Sequence record: NC_023719.1
DNA: 64,000 nucleotides
Strand: one strand, 5' to 3'
Shown: positions 27,955 through 38,133 of the stretch, piece by piece
Position numbering within the stretch: position 1 is the first letter of the stretch
How the letters are laid out: every line of letters starts with the position of its first letter
Made by a program: the position numbers and the translations under genes
Notes under the pieces: generated by a model
Told to the model about the DNA's origin: nothing
Databases searched by the model: none
The model's input: only the letters and a program-made list of their open reading frames with translations

Positions 27955-30900
27955 ATGGTGAAATATTATTATGAAAGGTTCACAGCTAACGCTTCTTACG
28001 CAGAATCTTCTTCTGTTGAAAACTTTGGAATAACTTATATAGCAGCAGCTTATAAGCATGAAAGATATAGTTTTGATACAATCAATAATAAATATAATGT
28101 TGTATCTGGTACTCATATCTCAGTGGGAGATGGATTATATTTACCAACTACAATGTATGCAGTTTCTAGTGATGGTACAACGCTAGATATATATGAACTT
28201 CAAGAACCAGATCCCGCAAGTACAGAAGCAACTGCTAAAGTTTACTGGTCAAGGAAATCTACCTCTAGGTCGGTAGCAACTTATAGTAAAGGTAATCTAG
28301 TTCAAAGCAATATAGTTGCAGAAGATGGTAATTACCCAACTAATGGTCGCCATACTGATGGTTACTGGTATGTTAGAGGCGCTCAAATTATACCAGAAAC
28401 TATTACAACAGAGCTGTTTACAACACTTGGCAATAATAAACGGAAATTAGTTCGCCTCCCTAACGGATGGCTTGTATCAGCTGTTGCTGGAGCTGATAGT
28501 ACAAATAAAAATATATTAGTATCTATATCGAAAGATAATGGTAATACTTGGCAAGAATTATGGAGAAAATCAGCTGAAAACCCAGATGTAGCGTTAGTTG
28601 TTATTGGTAGTGATGTTGGTATATTATACGGATTGAGAGCATCTATTCAATACGAAGTTTATTTTAGAAAATTCAAAAGTGATACTAGTACATTTGATAA
28701 TGATGTTACTATTGTCAATACTGTGCAAACAATATCCCAAAATACGCTAACAGCTTATTACGATAAGGGTTCAAACAATCTACATGTAGCTTGGTCTCAA
28801 TATAATAATGGATATAATCTAGCTTACAGTAAGTCAAACAATAAAGGTCTTAGTTTTTCATCTTATAAAGAGATTGTCAATGTTGGAGATTCTAGATACA
28901 GCGCAACTTATCCTTATATTACATCTGTAAATGGGAATTTGAAAATTTTCTATAAACTTATACAAACTAATCAATATATCATGATGCTTAATAGCGTAGA
29001 TAATGGTGAGACTTTTAGTAATCCGTCTACTGTTCATAGTGGAGGAGTCGCTAATAGTTCTAGATTGAGTTCGCCATCAGCAGTGGTAGATCAAACTAAT
29101 CGTTTGCACTTAGTCTATTCGGATGGGGAAAATGGTGAATTTGGTGAAAATCAAACGCCGCATATAATTCATCTTTACTCTAATAACGGAGGAGCTAATT
29201 GGACTAGAGCTTCTGGTTCAGCTCCGTTAAATTTGTACAATAACCAAGAAGATCCAAGTATAGCTGTGGATAAGCGCGGATATGTTTATATTGCTGGTTC
29301 TACTGACGGCGGTGGGGTTAACGCTAGTGTTAATTTATTTATATCAAAAGATAGAGGGGAAACTTGGGGTAATGTTATCAAAATAAGTGATAAAGCTAAC
29401 TACCCTTCGTTGATGCAAGATGATGATTTCGTTGGAATTCTTGGCGACATCCCACCAATGATTTATGTGTCTAACGATACAACAAGATCAATTAAATTTA
29501 AAGGAACTTATACTGTAGAAGAAGCACCAACTATGCCAGGAACATTTACCCAGCCTACTGGTACTTTAGAAATAGGTGATTCTAAAGTTGTATCTTGGGG
29601 AACATCAAATGATGTAAATGGAAACCTTTCCAAATATATCTTAGAAGTATCTATTAATGGCGGTTCTTGGACGCAAATAGGAACTCCAACTACAAACACT
29701 TTTAATTATACTATACCAACAGCTACTAGTATTAAGTTTCGAGTTAAAGCTCAAGACACTGCTGGTTTAGAGTCTGGATATAGAGAAAGCTCTGTATTTA
29801 CGGTAACAGATCAAATGTACTATTGGAGTAAATATAATTCCGTTAAAAATGAAGAATTAAATAAAAACGATCTTAATTATGGAACTATTGTTGAGTATTC
29901 ACATGAATCTAGTTATTCCGATACTATAAGCAAAGTTATTGGAGCAGTTTGGAACTCTATCATTAAATATAATGAAAACCCGTTTAATCAACCCCCATAT
30001 GAAAAATTTGTATACACTGATTTAAAAATAGTTGATGGACAAATGACATTATTGGGTGAAAGTTTATCTATTAATTCATCATCAACTCTACTTGAGATGG
30101 GGAAATACTATTATTTCAATTCATATAATGGTATTTACGCAATAAAGACTCAATTACCCGAAGCTTCAGCTGTAGTTGATAGAAGTATTCATATATATTC
30201 TTTATCTCCTTCAGGAGTAATTTCTTATACGAAAGGCAGTTTGGTTCAAAGCAATATTCAAAGTATATATAATGCTTATCAAAACGACGCAAGAAACCCT
30301 GATGGATACTGGTACGTGAGGGGTAGTAGAGTTAGCCAAACAATTTCACCTCCAGGAGTATTTAATATACCATTAGAAAATAATCAATTAAAACACAGTC
30401 AACCAGTTACTATAACATTTGGGGCATCGAGTGCTTCTAATTTATCTTTATATGAAGTTGATTATAGATATAATGGTGCCGGCAATTGGTTAGCATTGTC
30501 TTATAATAATACACTAACTAGAAGTTTAACTATAACTAGTGATAAAAGTTTATTAAATATACAATTTAGAGTAAGAGCTAAAGATACTAATAATATTTAT
30601 TCAGATTACGTTTACTCTGACACTATTTTAGTGGATCATAATAATGCACCTACTCAACCAGGGGATTTTGTAAAGCCTACAGGCGTATTAGAAATTGGAG
30701 ATTCTAAAGTATTTATAGCTGGAATGTCAATTGACATAGATGGTAACCTATCTAAATACGTATGGGAAGTATCTCTAAATAACGGAGCATACTCTATAGT
30801 TGGAGAAAGTGAAATTCCAAGCTTCACTTATATAATACCAAGTTCTACGAGTTTAAGAATGAGAGTTAAAGCAGTAGATTCTAAAGGTGCTTCAAGTGGA

Positions 30901-33435
30901 TATAGAGAAAGTGAAGTTTACACAGTAGTAAAAGCTAAATATTTTTGGACAAAATATAATGTAGTTCAAATTTCAAAATATCAACATGATGGTTTTGCAA
31001 CTGATACATCAGTTACCCTTGGCACTGGTGGTACTCATGGCAATGATTTCGCTATTGACGAAAACACAGGCCAGTATTCTTTAGTTGGAGAAACTAAACA
31101 ACCATCAAGATTAAATCCACCTAAAGTTGGAGAATATATTATTTTTGTTATCGATGGTTATTTATATAAAATAACTTCTGTAGGCTCGATTAGTGCTGAC
31201 AGTGGTTCTTGGCCAAATTCTACTTGGCAAAAAGCTAAGATAAAAACTACTACATTTGAAGGAAAAGGTACTCCGATTGAAACAAATATCATCGCAGAAG
31301 AAGGTACGTATCCTGTTGATGGAAAACATACCGATGGCTTTTGGTATGTTAGAGGTGCAAAGGTTACTTCTTTAGTTTCAAGTGTAGTAATTGATGATAA
31401 AAATTACAAAACTGCTCCTAATTATGGTAGGAAATTAATTAGATTAGATAGTGGTACCTTAATAGCTGCCGCTTGGAGTGGTACAAGTACAACTTTTGGA
31501 ACATTTAAAATAAGGAAATCATTAGACAATGGCAATACTTGGATTACATTACGAGGTCTTAGTTTAGGTGCAAATGGTGCTACCGATGTTGCGTTAGCTA
31601 CTGATGGAATTAAAATTTTCATATTATACATTCGAAGCGTTGCGGCATCTAATGTGCATGTGACAATAGATATTATGACTGAATCTGGAGAAATACTAAA
31701 AAATGTATTTCCAATTGACACAGGGCAATATGAAATTAGAGGTATATCAATAGCAGTTGATAGATCAAATGGACACGCGCATGCTATATGGGCAAGTAAG
31801 AATGCAACGTATCCAAATTCTTTTAACCTTCGTTATTCTAAAAGTACTGATGGTGGACAAACTTGGTCTACAGTTGAACAAAAAACAGCCCATAATACTG
31901 TAGGTAGAGAAGTAAGTAATCCATCTGTTGTTGTAAACAATGGAGAACCTATTATTGCTGCTGAATTTGCACATGAAGTCACTGGTAATTACATTATATG
32001 TTTTAAAAGTCAATCAAATAGTCCAGTTTATTCTAGTGCTTCATATATCCAAATTAATCCATCATTAACAGCAGATAAAGATGGCGTGCTTCATGCAGTA
32101 TGGAATGGTAGAAACCCATCGTTTAGTAGAAATAATATTTTTTATTCAAAATCAATGGATAATGGAATTAGTTGGTCAAATGCAATTAACTTGACTAATG
32201 ATTCAAATAACAATATATCAGCAAGCATAACATCAGATAAAACGGGTAAATTATATGTCGCATGGCATAATAATTCCTTAGAAATATTATCAAGTGTTTT
32301 TGATGGTACTACATGGAGTGTTGGTAAGAGAGTAATGAATGGAATAAGTGGTACAAATTTCCCATCTACATTATATGATTCTAAGTTTAATGTAATATTT
32401 GGTGAATTCCCTCCATTAATTTATACAGACTTGAATTCAAATAATATTTCATATGTAGGGTCATACGAAACAAGTGATATTCCAACTATTAAACTTTTAT
32501 CTCCAGAAGATAATCAAGTCCTTTACGAAAATGATACGTTTAAAATAAGTGGTAATGTTAATGATGCAGATAGTGATCAATCAGTTACTGTTTACTATCA
32601 AATTAACAATATCCAAAAAACATTAACTACAGTCGCAAGCGGAAATGAAAATGATTTCTTTAAAGAATTAATATTTAAAGATAAAAAGTTATATGATCAA
32701 AATATTGTTATAGTTGATGATTTAGTTAAAGATACACCGTATTCTTTAAAAGTTTGGTCAGTGGATAGTAGTGGTTTTGTATCTGAAGTCGCTGAACGTT
32801 CATTTAGAGTAATGCCTAACAACGCTCCAATATTAGTAGTAAATGAAATCACACCGAGTGGAATTATAAATAGTGATAAATTCACCATTTCGGGAAATGT
32901 TTCAGATGTTGATGAAAATCCAAACATCACAGTCTCCTATAAGATTAATCAGAATGAAAAAATAGAGGTCTACAATGGTTCTGGAGATGCTTGGGAATTT
33001 GAAGTTTCTTTATCTCAATTAAAATCCGGCGAAAACGATATTTCAATTGAAGCAATTGATAACTATTTTACTAAGACTATTAAGACTGTAAAACTTAATA
33101 AGAATGAAGTTAATGTTCCTATTTTAGAATCAGTTGCGAGATACAAATTAGACCCTCCAAAAGGGTCAGCTAGGGGTATATTGTTGTTCATTCAAAAAGA
33201 TGAACAACTTAATATAGAAGTAGAAATTTCAATGACAGATAATGAGCAAGAAGATTTTGTTTTATTAGTTGCGGATAACACGGTTCCAGTAGCTAACAAG
33301 CAAGGCATAGTGGAATCAACTTATCATTATGAGGTTATAGAAAACAAAAGTAATATTATATTAAAAATATCCGCTACAAAGCAAAATGCAGATAGTAATC
33401 ATAAAATTCACTTAATATCAGGAGTTGTTGAATAA
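27955..33435 (+). CDS. Mosaic tail-appendage/fibre protein D (two BNR propellers), about 1826 aa
   Basis: Two clusters of Asp-boxes (SKDNGNTW, SKDRGETW / SLDNGNTW, STDGGQTW, SMDNGISW); 3 cassettes; same C-terminus. Confidence 0.75.
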   Translation: MVKYYYERFTANASYAESSSVENFGITYIAAAYKHERYSFDTINNKYNVVSGTHISVGDGLYLPTTMYAVSSDGTTLDIYELQEPDPASTEATAKVYWSRKSTSRSVATYSKGNLVQSNIVAEDGNYPTNGRHTDGYWYVRGAQIIPETITTELFTTLGNNKRKLVRLPNGWLVSAVAGADSTNKNILVSISKDNGNTWQELWRKSAENPDVALVVIGSDVGILYGLRASIQYEVYFRKFKSDTSTFDNDVTIVNTVQTISQNTLTAYYDKGSNNLHVAWSQYNNGYNLAYSKSNNKGLSFSSYKEIVNVGDSRYSATYPYITSVNGNLKIFYKLIQTNQYIMMLNSVDNGETFSNPSTVHSGGVANSSRLSSPSAVVDQTNRLHLVYSDGENGEFGENQTPHIIHLYSNNGGANWTRASGSAPLNLYNNQEDPSIAVDKRGYVYIAGSTDGGGVNASVNLFISKDRGETWGNVIKISDKANYPSLMQDDDFVGILGDIPPMIYVSNDTTRSIKFKGTYTVEEAPTMPGTFTQPTGTLEIGDSKVVSWGTSNDVNGNLSKYILEVSINGGSWTQIGTPTTNTFNYTIPTATSIKFRVKAQDTAGLESGYRESSVFTVTDQMYYWSKYNSVKNEELNKNDLNYGTIVEYSHESSYSDTISKVIGAVWNSIIKYNENPFNQPPYEKFVYTDLKIVDGQMTLLGESLSINSSSTLLEMGKYYYFNSYNGIYAIKTQLPEASAVVDRSIHIYSLSPSGVISYTKGSLVQSNIQSIYNAYQNDARNPDGYWYVRGSRVSQTISPPGVFNIPLENNQLKHSQPVTITFGASSASNLSLYEVDYRYNGAGNWLALSYNNTLTRSLTITSDKSLLNIQFRVRAKDTNNIYSDYVYSDTILVDHNNAPTQPGDFVKPTGVLEIGDSKVFIAGMSIDIDGNLSKYVWEVSLNNGAYSIVGESEIPSFTYIIPSSTSLRMRVKAVDSKGASSGYRESEVYTVVKAKYFWTKYNVVQISKYQHDGFATDTSVTLGTGGTHGNDFAIDENTGQYSLVGETKQPSRLNPPKVGEYIIFVIDGYLYKITSVGSISADSGSWPNSTWQKAKIKTTTFEGKGTPIETNIIAEEGTYPVDGKHTDGFWYVRGAKVTSLVSSVVIDDKNYKTAPNYGRKLIRLDSGTLIAAAWSGTSTTFGTFKIRKSLDNGNTWITLRGLSLGANGATDVALATDGIKIFILYIRSVAASNVHVTIDIMTESGEILKNVFPIDTGQYEIRGISIAVDRSNGHAHAIWASKNATYPNSFNLRYSKSTDGGQTWSTVEQKTAHNTVGREVSNPSVVVNNGEPIIAAEFAHEVTGNYIICFKSQSNSPVYSSASYIQINPSLTADKDGVLHAVWNGRNPSFSRNNIFYSKSMDNGISWSNAINLTNDSNNNISASITSDKTGKLYVAWHNNSLEILSSVFDGTTWSVGKRVMNGISGTNFPSTLYDSKFNVIFGEFPPLIYTDLNSNNISYVGSYETSDIPTIKLLSPEDNQVLYENDTFKISGNVNDADSDQSVTVYYQINNIQKTLTTVASGNENDFFKELIFKDKKLYDQNIVIVDDLVKDTPYSLKVWSVDSSGFVSEVAERSFRVMPNNAPILVVNEITPSGIINSDKFTISGNVSDVDENPNITVSYKINQNEKIEVYNGSGDAWEFEVSLSQLKSGENDISIEAIDNYFTKTIKTVKLNKNEVNVPILESVARYKLDPPKGSARGILLFIQKDEQLNIEVEISMTDNEQEDFVLLVADNTVPVANKQGIVESTYHYEVIENKSNIILKISATKQNADSNHKIHLISGVVE

Positions 33436-33971
33436 TGGCTTTAGAATATAGAGAAAGGCAACCCGATGGAACTTTAGGTGGTAAACCAGTCAAAGTAGGT
33501 ACTGGTTTATCGCTTGAAGAAAAAATTGAATCACTCGGTGGAGAGTTAGCTGTAGAGAAAATTGAAGGTATTCAAAATGCAACGACTGTTAATGAACTTG
33601 GCGGTCAATTAGCATTAGAAAAAACAAAAGGCATTGAGAATACTAAAACCATCAATGAACTTGGTGGTGAATTAGCTCTAGAAAAGATAAAAGGTATGGA
33701 GAATGCTCAAACTATCAATGGGCTTGGCGGAGAATTAGCCCTAGAAAAAATTAAGGGTATTCAAAATACTTCACTTATTAATAGTTTGGGTGAAGAATTA
33801 ACTCAAGAGAAAATCAAGGGTATTCAAAACACATCTATTATTAATGGTCTTGGGGAGCAGCTTACTCAAGAAAAGATCAAAAGCATTCAAAAAGATGCTA
33901 TTATTAATGATCTTGTATTGGCTGTAGAGGAGCTGAAAGCAGAAGTTGCAGCCTTAAAAGGAGGTGAATAA
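33435..33971 (+). CDS. Coiled-coil tail-fibre assembly-type (XkdW-like) protein with six 21-aa repeats
   Basis: G[GE][EQ]LxxEKxKGxxNxxxINxL x6 (33537-33914); sits between the fibre genes and xkdX. Confidence 0.6.
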   Translation: MALEYRERQPDGTLGGKPVKVGTGLSLEEKIESLGGELAVEKIEGIQNATTVNELGGQLALEKTKGIENTKTINELGGELALEKIKGMENAQTINGLGGELALEKIKGIQNTSLINSLGEELTQEKIKGIQNTSIINGLGEQLTQEKIKSIQKDAIINDLVLAVEELKAEVAALKGGE

Positions 33972-33973
33972 AG

Positions 33974-34114
33974 ATGGCATTTTGGAGCATGGCTTATAAA
34001 TACAAATGGGTAACAATTGATCAATTAAAATTAGTAGTTAAAACTGAATCGAATCCTTTTGGTGAAATTACACCTGAAGAGTTCAAAACAATCACAGGAA
34101 AAGATTTCGAATAA
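33974..34114 (+). CDS. xkdX: XkdX-family small phage protein (not in the ORF track), 46 aa
   Basis: MAFWSMAYKYKWVTIDQLKLVVKTESNPFGEITPEEFKTITGKDFE; the ITPEEFKTITG motif is typical of XkdX; GGAGGTGA RBS. Confidence 0.85.
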   Translation: MAFWSMAYKYKWVTIDQLKLVVKTESNPFGEITPEEFKTITGKDFE

Positions 34115-34119
34115 AAAAC

Positions 34120-34146
34120 AAAGAGACCTTATTGGTCTCTTTTTAT
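34120..34146. terminator. Bidirectional terminator
   Basis: AAAGAGACC-ttatt-GGTCTCTTT(TT). Confidence 0.7.
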
Positions 34147-34491
34147 TTTTTCTAAGTTAGCGCCATCAATCAAAGTATAAAAAGCGCTACATGTATCGCA
34201 TAACTTTGGTTTATTTAAGAAGTCTTCTTTATGATTTATGATATATGAAGTTTCCCCGCAATGAGGACATTTAATTACATAATCAAATTGAATAACGTTA
34301 TTATTCTGCATTTTTCTAATAATACTATCTACAGAATGAGCTGGTATATCGTTTCTGCCAGTATGTTTTTTGCACCATTTAGTTAGACCGCTAAGTCTAA
34401 CTAAATCAACTCCTTCTAGTTTAAAAATAGAAATTATTTCCTCAAACATACGATCTAAAATTGGATCTCTAATGATTTCAAACCCATCCAT
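34129..34491 (-). CDS. Hypothetical Zn-ribbon protein (CPHC...CDTC)
   Basis: Two CxxC pairs at the C-terminus; start moved to the ATG 8 nt after GGAG. Confidence 0.65.
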   Translation of the reverse strand: MDGFEIIRDPILDRMFEEIISIFKLEGVDLVRLSGLTKWCKKHTGRNDIPAHSVDSIIRKMQNNNVIQFDYVIKCPHCGETSYIINHKEDFLNKPKLCDTCSAFYTLIDGANLEKIKRDQ

Positions 34492-34711
34492 GTTATCAAC
34501 TCCAAAGTATATTTTCATATTAAAAATAGAAAGAGATGAGTGTTTTTATAACTTCTAATAATTAAAATAAAAATAAAATATTTAAAAATAATTAATTTGT
34601 AATATAAAAGTGATAATAAGGATTATTATTGTTATGATTACATTAAAAATGATAGTATTTTTATCTAAAAAACTACTCTTAAGAAGATTTATATATAAGG
34701 AGTTGGAATTT

Positions 34712-37675
34712 GTGGGGAATTTTGAAAGAAACGCTAATGGTAAATTTCAAAAAGAAGCTTCTTTTTATACGATTTTTCATGGAAAAAAATCGATTTTATT
34801 AGAAGATGAATTGAACGAACTGCAATGGGTACAAATTGAACGATTAGCAACTATGGCTAGAGGGCAATATACTAATGGAGTAATGAATAACTTTGATATT
34901 AAAACAACTAATTATGATGATATTTTTTATTTAGATTCAAACTCCCAATTTTCTGTTTTAATGGATGGGTATGATTTAAGGATTGGCCATAATATAGTAG
35001 CTAACCAACCTACTGATTTAGAGTCAAAAGATAATAGAGTAGTTATTAAGTTGTCTCATGATAATAGTGGGTATGATTTTGTATTCCTTGAAGCTTGGTT
35101 TGAAGTAATGAGAGCTGGAGAAACTATCAAAAAATTTGGTGGTACCGATACTCCATCTATACCTTTTGAAATGAAAGATGGTAGACTTGGAAAAGAAACA
35201 TCTAGAAGAATTCAATTTAGATGGAGAATACGTTCAGTAAAGAATAAATCAAATTTAAATGAAATATTTGCTCAAAATTATGACGGACAAGATACTTCTA
35301 TTAAATACGAATTTGAAGATAATGTTTATACTGCAAACGTAGGGGTACAAAGATATAAAGACGAGAACGATAAAAATACCTATGAGGATGTAAAAACTTT
35401 AGGTAGGATATATGCGATACCACTTTTTAAAGTTAATAGAAATAATAGTTATATAATTAAACGCAATCAAATAGAAGACTTAGTACCAAGGTCAGTATTA
35501 AGATTGCTAGGCGAATATGATATTAGCAAGATTGCCCACGCGGTTGATTATGTAAAATTATTAAAAGTATCTTCTATTGGGCTTTCTTCAACTATTGGTG
35601 ATAGAGGCGTATGGATTGATGGTAAACTAGTTCATTACGCAGAAAGAAGTTACGGTTTAGTTGTTATAAGAAAAATGGATGGTTCAATTGTATTTACTGA
35701 ATCGTATGATATTTATGGTTCAGATAGTGTTAACGATCCTGATAGGAAAGAAAATGGTATACGTAATGCTAATTTATTAGCTTCTAAATTGGCAGAGTAT
35801 GATAATGAGTATATAGTAATAATTTATACTTATGACGAGCCACAAGAGAATAGATTGCAACCAGCATTAGTGGAGCAAATAAAACGCTGTGGTGGTGGAG
35901 CTTTATTTGAAAGTTCGGAATTCGAATACAGAAGTGCATACATCTTAATTGGTAGTCCAGGTATAGGAGAAAATAAAGGTATTGAATTATATGAAGGTGA
36001 AGAATACGAGGATGAAAACGCTTTCGTTTCTTTGACAACATTTTTAGTTGATGGAGAAGTTTTATCTGGCGGTGGAAGTAGAACTGGTGGAGTTGCAGTA
36101 AATAAAAGAATGTCTTTAGCCTCAATGTCTGACGTAGAGACAACTGCAGAAATATTACGTGGCATGGGAGGTTCAGGGGTATATTCGACGCGTCAATATG
36201 GAATTGAATCACCTTTTGAAGAACAATCAAAAGTATTCTCTGTTAGCTATAATACAATAGGAGAACATAATCATCCTAATTTTAGAGGTATGCCTGGCTT
36301 GCCAGAGTTAGCTATTGTTATTAACGGATACTACATGAGAACAAGACATAACGACTATAGAACATTTGTTCCAACATATAAATACAATGATGAAAGTAAA
36401 AAAGGAGATTATTTGTATAGAGAGGAAGTTTTTCCGCCTAAAGTACCTGATAATATCAAAAATGCCCCATTAGCAACACAATATGATTATATGAAGAATG
36501 TTCATACTAATAATCCACAAGATTGTGAATGGCATTTAGCGTATATGGAAGTGTGGTGGGAAAAATTTGATCCTACTTTAACTGATTATAGTGATAGTTT
36601 TAGGCATCAAATTAATAATTCTGATGCTTTCGAATTATTCGCAGATCATATTTATTGGAGTATAAGTGGCTTGAAAAATAGAGGAGAAAATGTTGCATTT
36701 TTCCCAATTTCTGCTTTAGATTTTGATGAAAGTGGAAAACCAATTTATCTAAATTTGAGATATAGAATCAACACTATGGTTGTTGGTACCTTGGAAGATA
36801 TACCGTTTAATAGAGAGAAAGCAATAGAAGGAATTATTGATAATACAAATCGTTTTACTTTAATGAGAGATTTACAAACTAAAAAGCGATATAAATACAC
36901 TAGTTGGGATAAGTTGATTGATTCTGGAAGGGCTAGATTTAAGTGTGCAGATTTAATAAAGCTTATGGAAAAATGCCCGGGTATTGATGGGATAGGAGCT
37001 CCGCCTATATATGAATCTGCTAATAGAAATGATGAAGAGTATGATGTTTATAAATCAGATGGATCGGCTCCTTTGAACTCATGTTATTACAATCATAGTT
37101 ATTCTACAAAAGTAAGAGATGCTTCTGGAAGAGTTAATGGAGAACGTTCATTTAATGATCCTAATTTATTTGTAGCTAAAACAGTTTGGGATGAAGCGGT
37201 TTATCATGGTTACTCATATGCTTTACCTTTAGAGTTAATATTGAGAACGCCAAGAGAAAGTTGGAACCCATATGATGTAAAATTAAATGATTACTCAGTT
37301 ATGGTTGCTGAAAATAATGATGGAAAAGGTAAGAGTATTGATAAGCCTTATTCTGGTTATCATTATGAAGCTTATAATTTTACTATTCCAGCTGATATGT
37401 ATGATGCAATTGATATTAGTGTTTCTGATGTTGCGGATACAGCTAATAATGCTTTCATATTAGATAAGAACGGTGTATCAAGGAAGTTTATGGCAAGTGG
37501 GATTAAGATATATGATTATGATTCTGTAAGAATGAGATTTCCAATATACTCTGAATTCCATGATTTTACTAAGGGAGCAGTTGAGGTTTCTCTCTTAAAA
37601 GATCAAATAAAAGACGCATTAATGAAGATTTATAAGGGTACAATTACAGAAAACGAGATAGAAAATCTCTTCTAA
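34712..37675 (+). CDS. Virion protein: shared LLEDELNE N-terminal domain + ILEI/PANDER (GG-type lectin)-like domain + uncharacterised C-terminal domain
   Basis: GTG start 9 nt after AAGGAG (track start 34610 is spurious). RSYGLVVI...YDIY...YIVIIYTYDE...YRSAYILIGSPG is an ILEI/GG-domain pattern. Confidence 0.7.
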   Translation: MGNFERNANGKFQKEASFYTIFHGKKSILLEDELNELQWVQIERLATMARGQYTNGVMNNFDIKTTNYDDIFYLDSNSQFSVLMDGYDLRIGHNIVANQPTDLESKDNRVVIKLSHDNSGYDFVFLEAWFEVMRAGETIKKFGGTDTPSIPFEMKDGRLGKETSRRIQFRWRIRSVKNKSNLNEIFAQNYDGQDTSIKYEFEDNVYTANVGVQRYKDENDKNTYEDVKTLGRIYAIPLFKVNRNNSYIIKRNQIEDLVPRSVLRLLGEYDISKIAHAVDYVKLLKVSSIGLSSTIGDRGVWIDGKLVHYAERSYGLVVIRKMDGSIVFTESYDIYGSDSVNDPDRKENGIRNANLLASKLAEYDNEYIVIIYTYDEPQENRLQPALVEQIKRCGGGALFESSEFEYRSAYILIGSPGIGENKGIELYEGEEYEDENAFVSLTTFLVDGEVLSGGGSRTGGVAVNKRMSLASMSDVETTAEILRGMGGSGVYSTRQYGIESPFEEQSKVFSVSYNTIGEHNHPNFRGMPGLPELAIVINGYYMRTRHNDYRTFVPTYKYNDESKKGDYLYREEVFPPKVPDNIKNAPLATQYDYMKNVHTNNPQDCEWHLAYMEVWWEKFDPTLTDYSDSFRHQINNSDAFELFADHIYWSISGLKNRGENVAFFPISALDFDESGKPIYLNLRYRINTMVVGTLEDIPFNREKAIEGIIDNTNRFTLMRDLQTKKRYKYTSWDKLIDSGRARFKCADLIKLMEKCPGIDGIGAPPIYESANRNDEEYDVYKSDGSAPLNSCYYNHSYSTKVRDASGRVNGERSFNDPNLFVAKTVWDEAVYHGYSYALPLELILRTPRESWNPYDVKLNDYSVMVAENNDGKGKSIDKPYSGYHYEAYNFTIPADMYDAIDISVSDVADTANNAFILDKNGVSRKFMASGIKIYDYDSVRMRFPIYSEFHDFTKGAVEVSLLKDQIKDALMKIYKGTITENEIENLF

Positions 37676-37697
37676 AGTGTAAAAAGTGTAAATTCTT

Positions 37698-37719
37698 AAG
37701 GGGCTTCGGCCTCTTTTTT
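37698..37719 (+). terminator. Intrinsic terminator with C(UUCG)G tetraloop
   Basis: AAGGGGC-TTCG-GCCTCTT-TTTT. Confidence 0.85.
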
Positions 37720-37770
37720 GTTATATATCAATAAAATATTCTTATTAAAGATTAGAAGGGAGAGATAACG

Positions 37771-38118
37771 TTGGAAAAAAATCCTAATTGGGTACCAGTT
37801 GATAATGTTGATTTTTCAAAAAGAAAAGTTAAAGAGTGGGCTACTATTTATAAAGTGAAGTTACTGGAAGAGCCTGATGATGATAGATTATGGTCAGAAT
37901 ATGAATGGGCTTATAATTTCTTTGATTTAAAATATCAAGCAGATTTAGACAATGTTGAAAAGTTAGAAGAATTCTTTGAAGAGTTTTCAGAAAGAGAAAT
38001 GAGAGCAATGGAATTAAGAAGGGATTTGTTTATGGGCGCTAGTATTGGCGAAAAAGAAATCTTAAAAGAGAAATATATCGAAACTGAATGGGTTCGCAAT
38101 ATTTTTAACGTATTTTAA
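37771..38118 (+). CDS. Hypothetical protein, 115 aa
   Basis: TTG start after AAGGGAG. Confidence 0.65.
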   Translation: MEKNPNWVPVDNVDFSKRKVKEWATIYKVKLLEEPDDDRLWSEYEWAYNFFDLKYQADLDNVEKLEEFFEEFSEREMRAMELRRDLFMGASIGEKEILKEKYIETEWVRNIFNVF

Positions 38119-38133
38119 AGGAGACTAATAAAA

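Noticed and set aside
16002-33435. Diversity-generating retroelement acting on the repeated fibre cassettes
   Set aside because: No reverse transcriptase in the window, and the mismatches I compared between repeated segments are not adenine-specific; ordinary paralog divergence fits better.
16002-33435. Calling the BNR-containing fibres active sialidases
   Set aside because: Asp-boxes are visible, but I cannot verify the catalytic Arg triad or Tyr; kept as sialidase-like propellers only.
33537-33914. 63-bp tandem repeat as a non-coding repeat element
   Set aside because: It is in frame and encodes a coiled-coil protein repeat.
34610-34711. Hydrophobic N-terminal extension (apparent signal or TM segment) of the 1021-aa ORF
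   Set aside because: It comes from AT-rich intergenic DNA; an RBS-supported GTG at 34712 aligns with the starts of the paralogs at 6783 and 14501.
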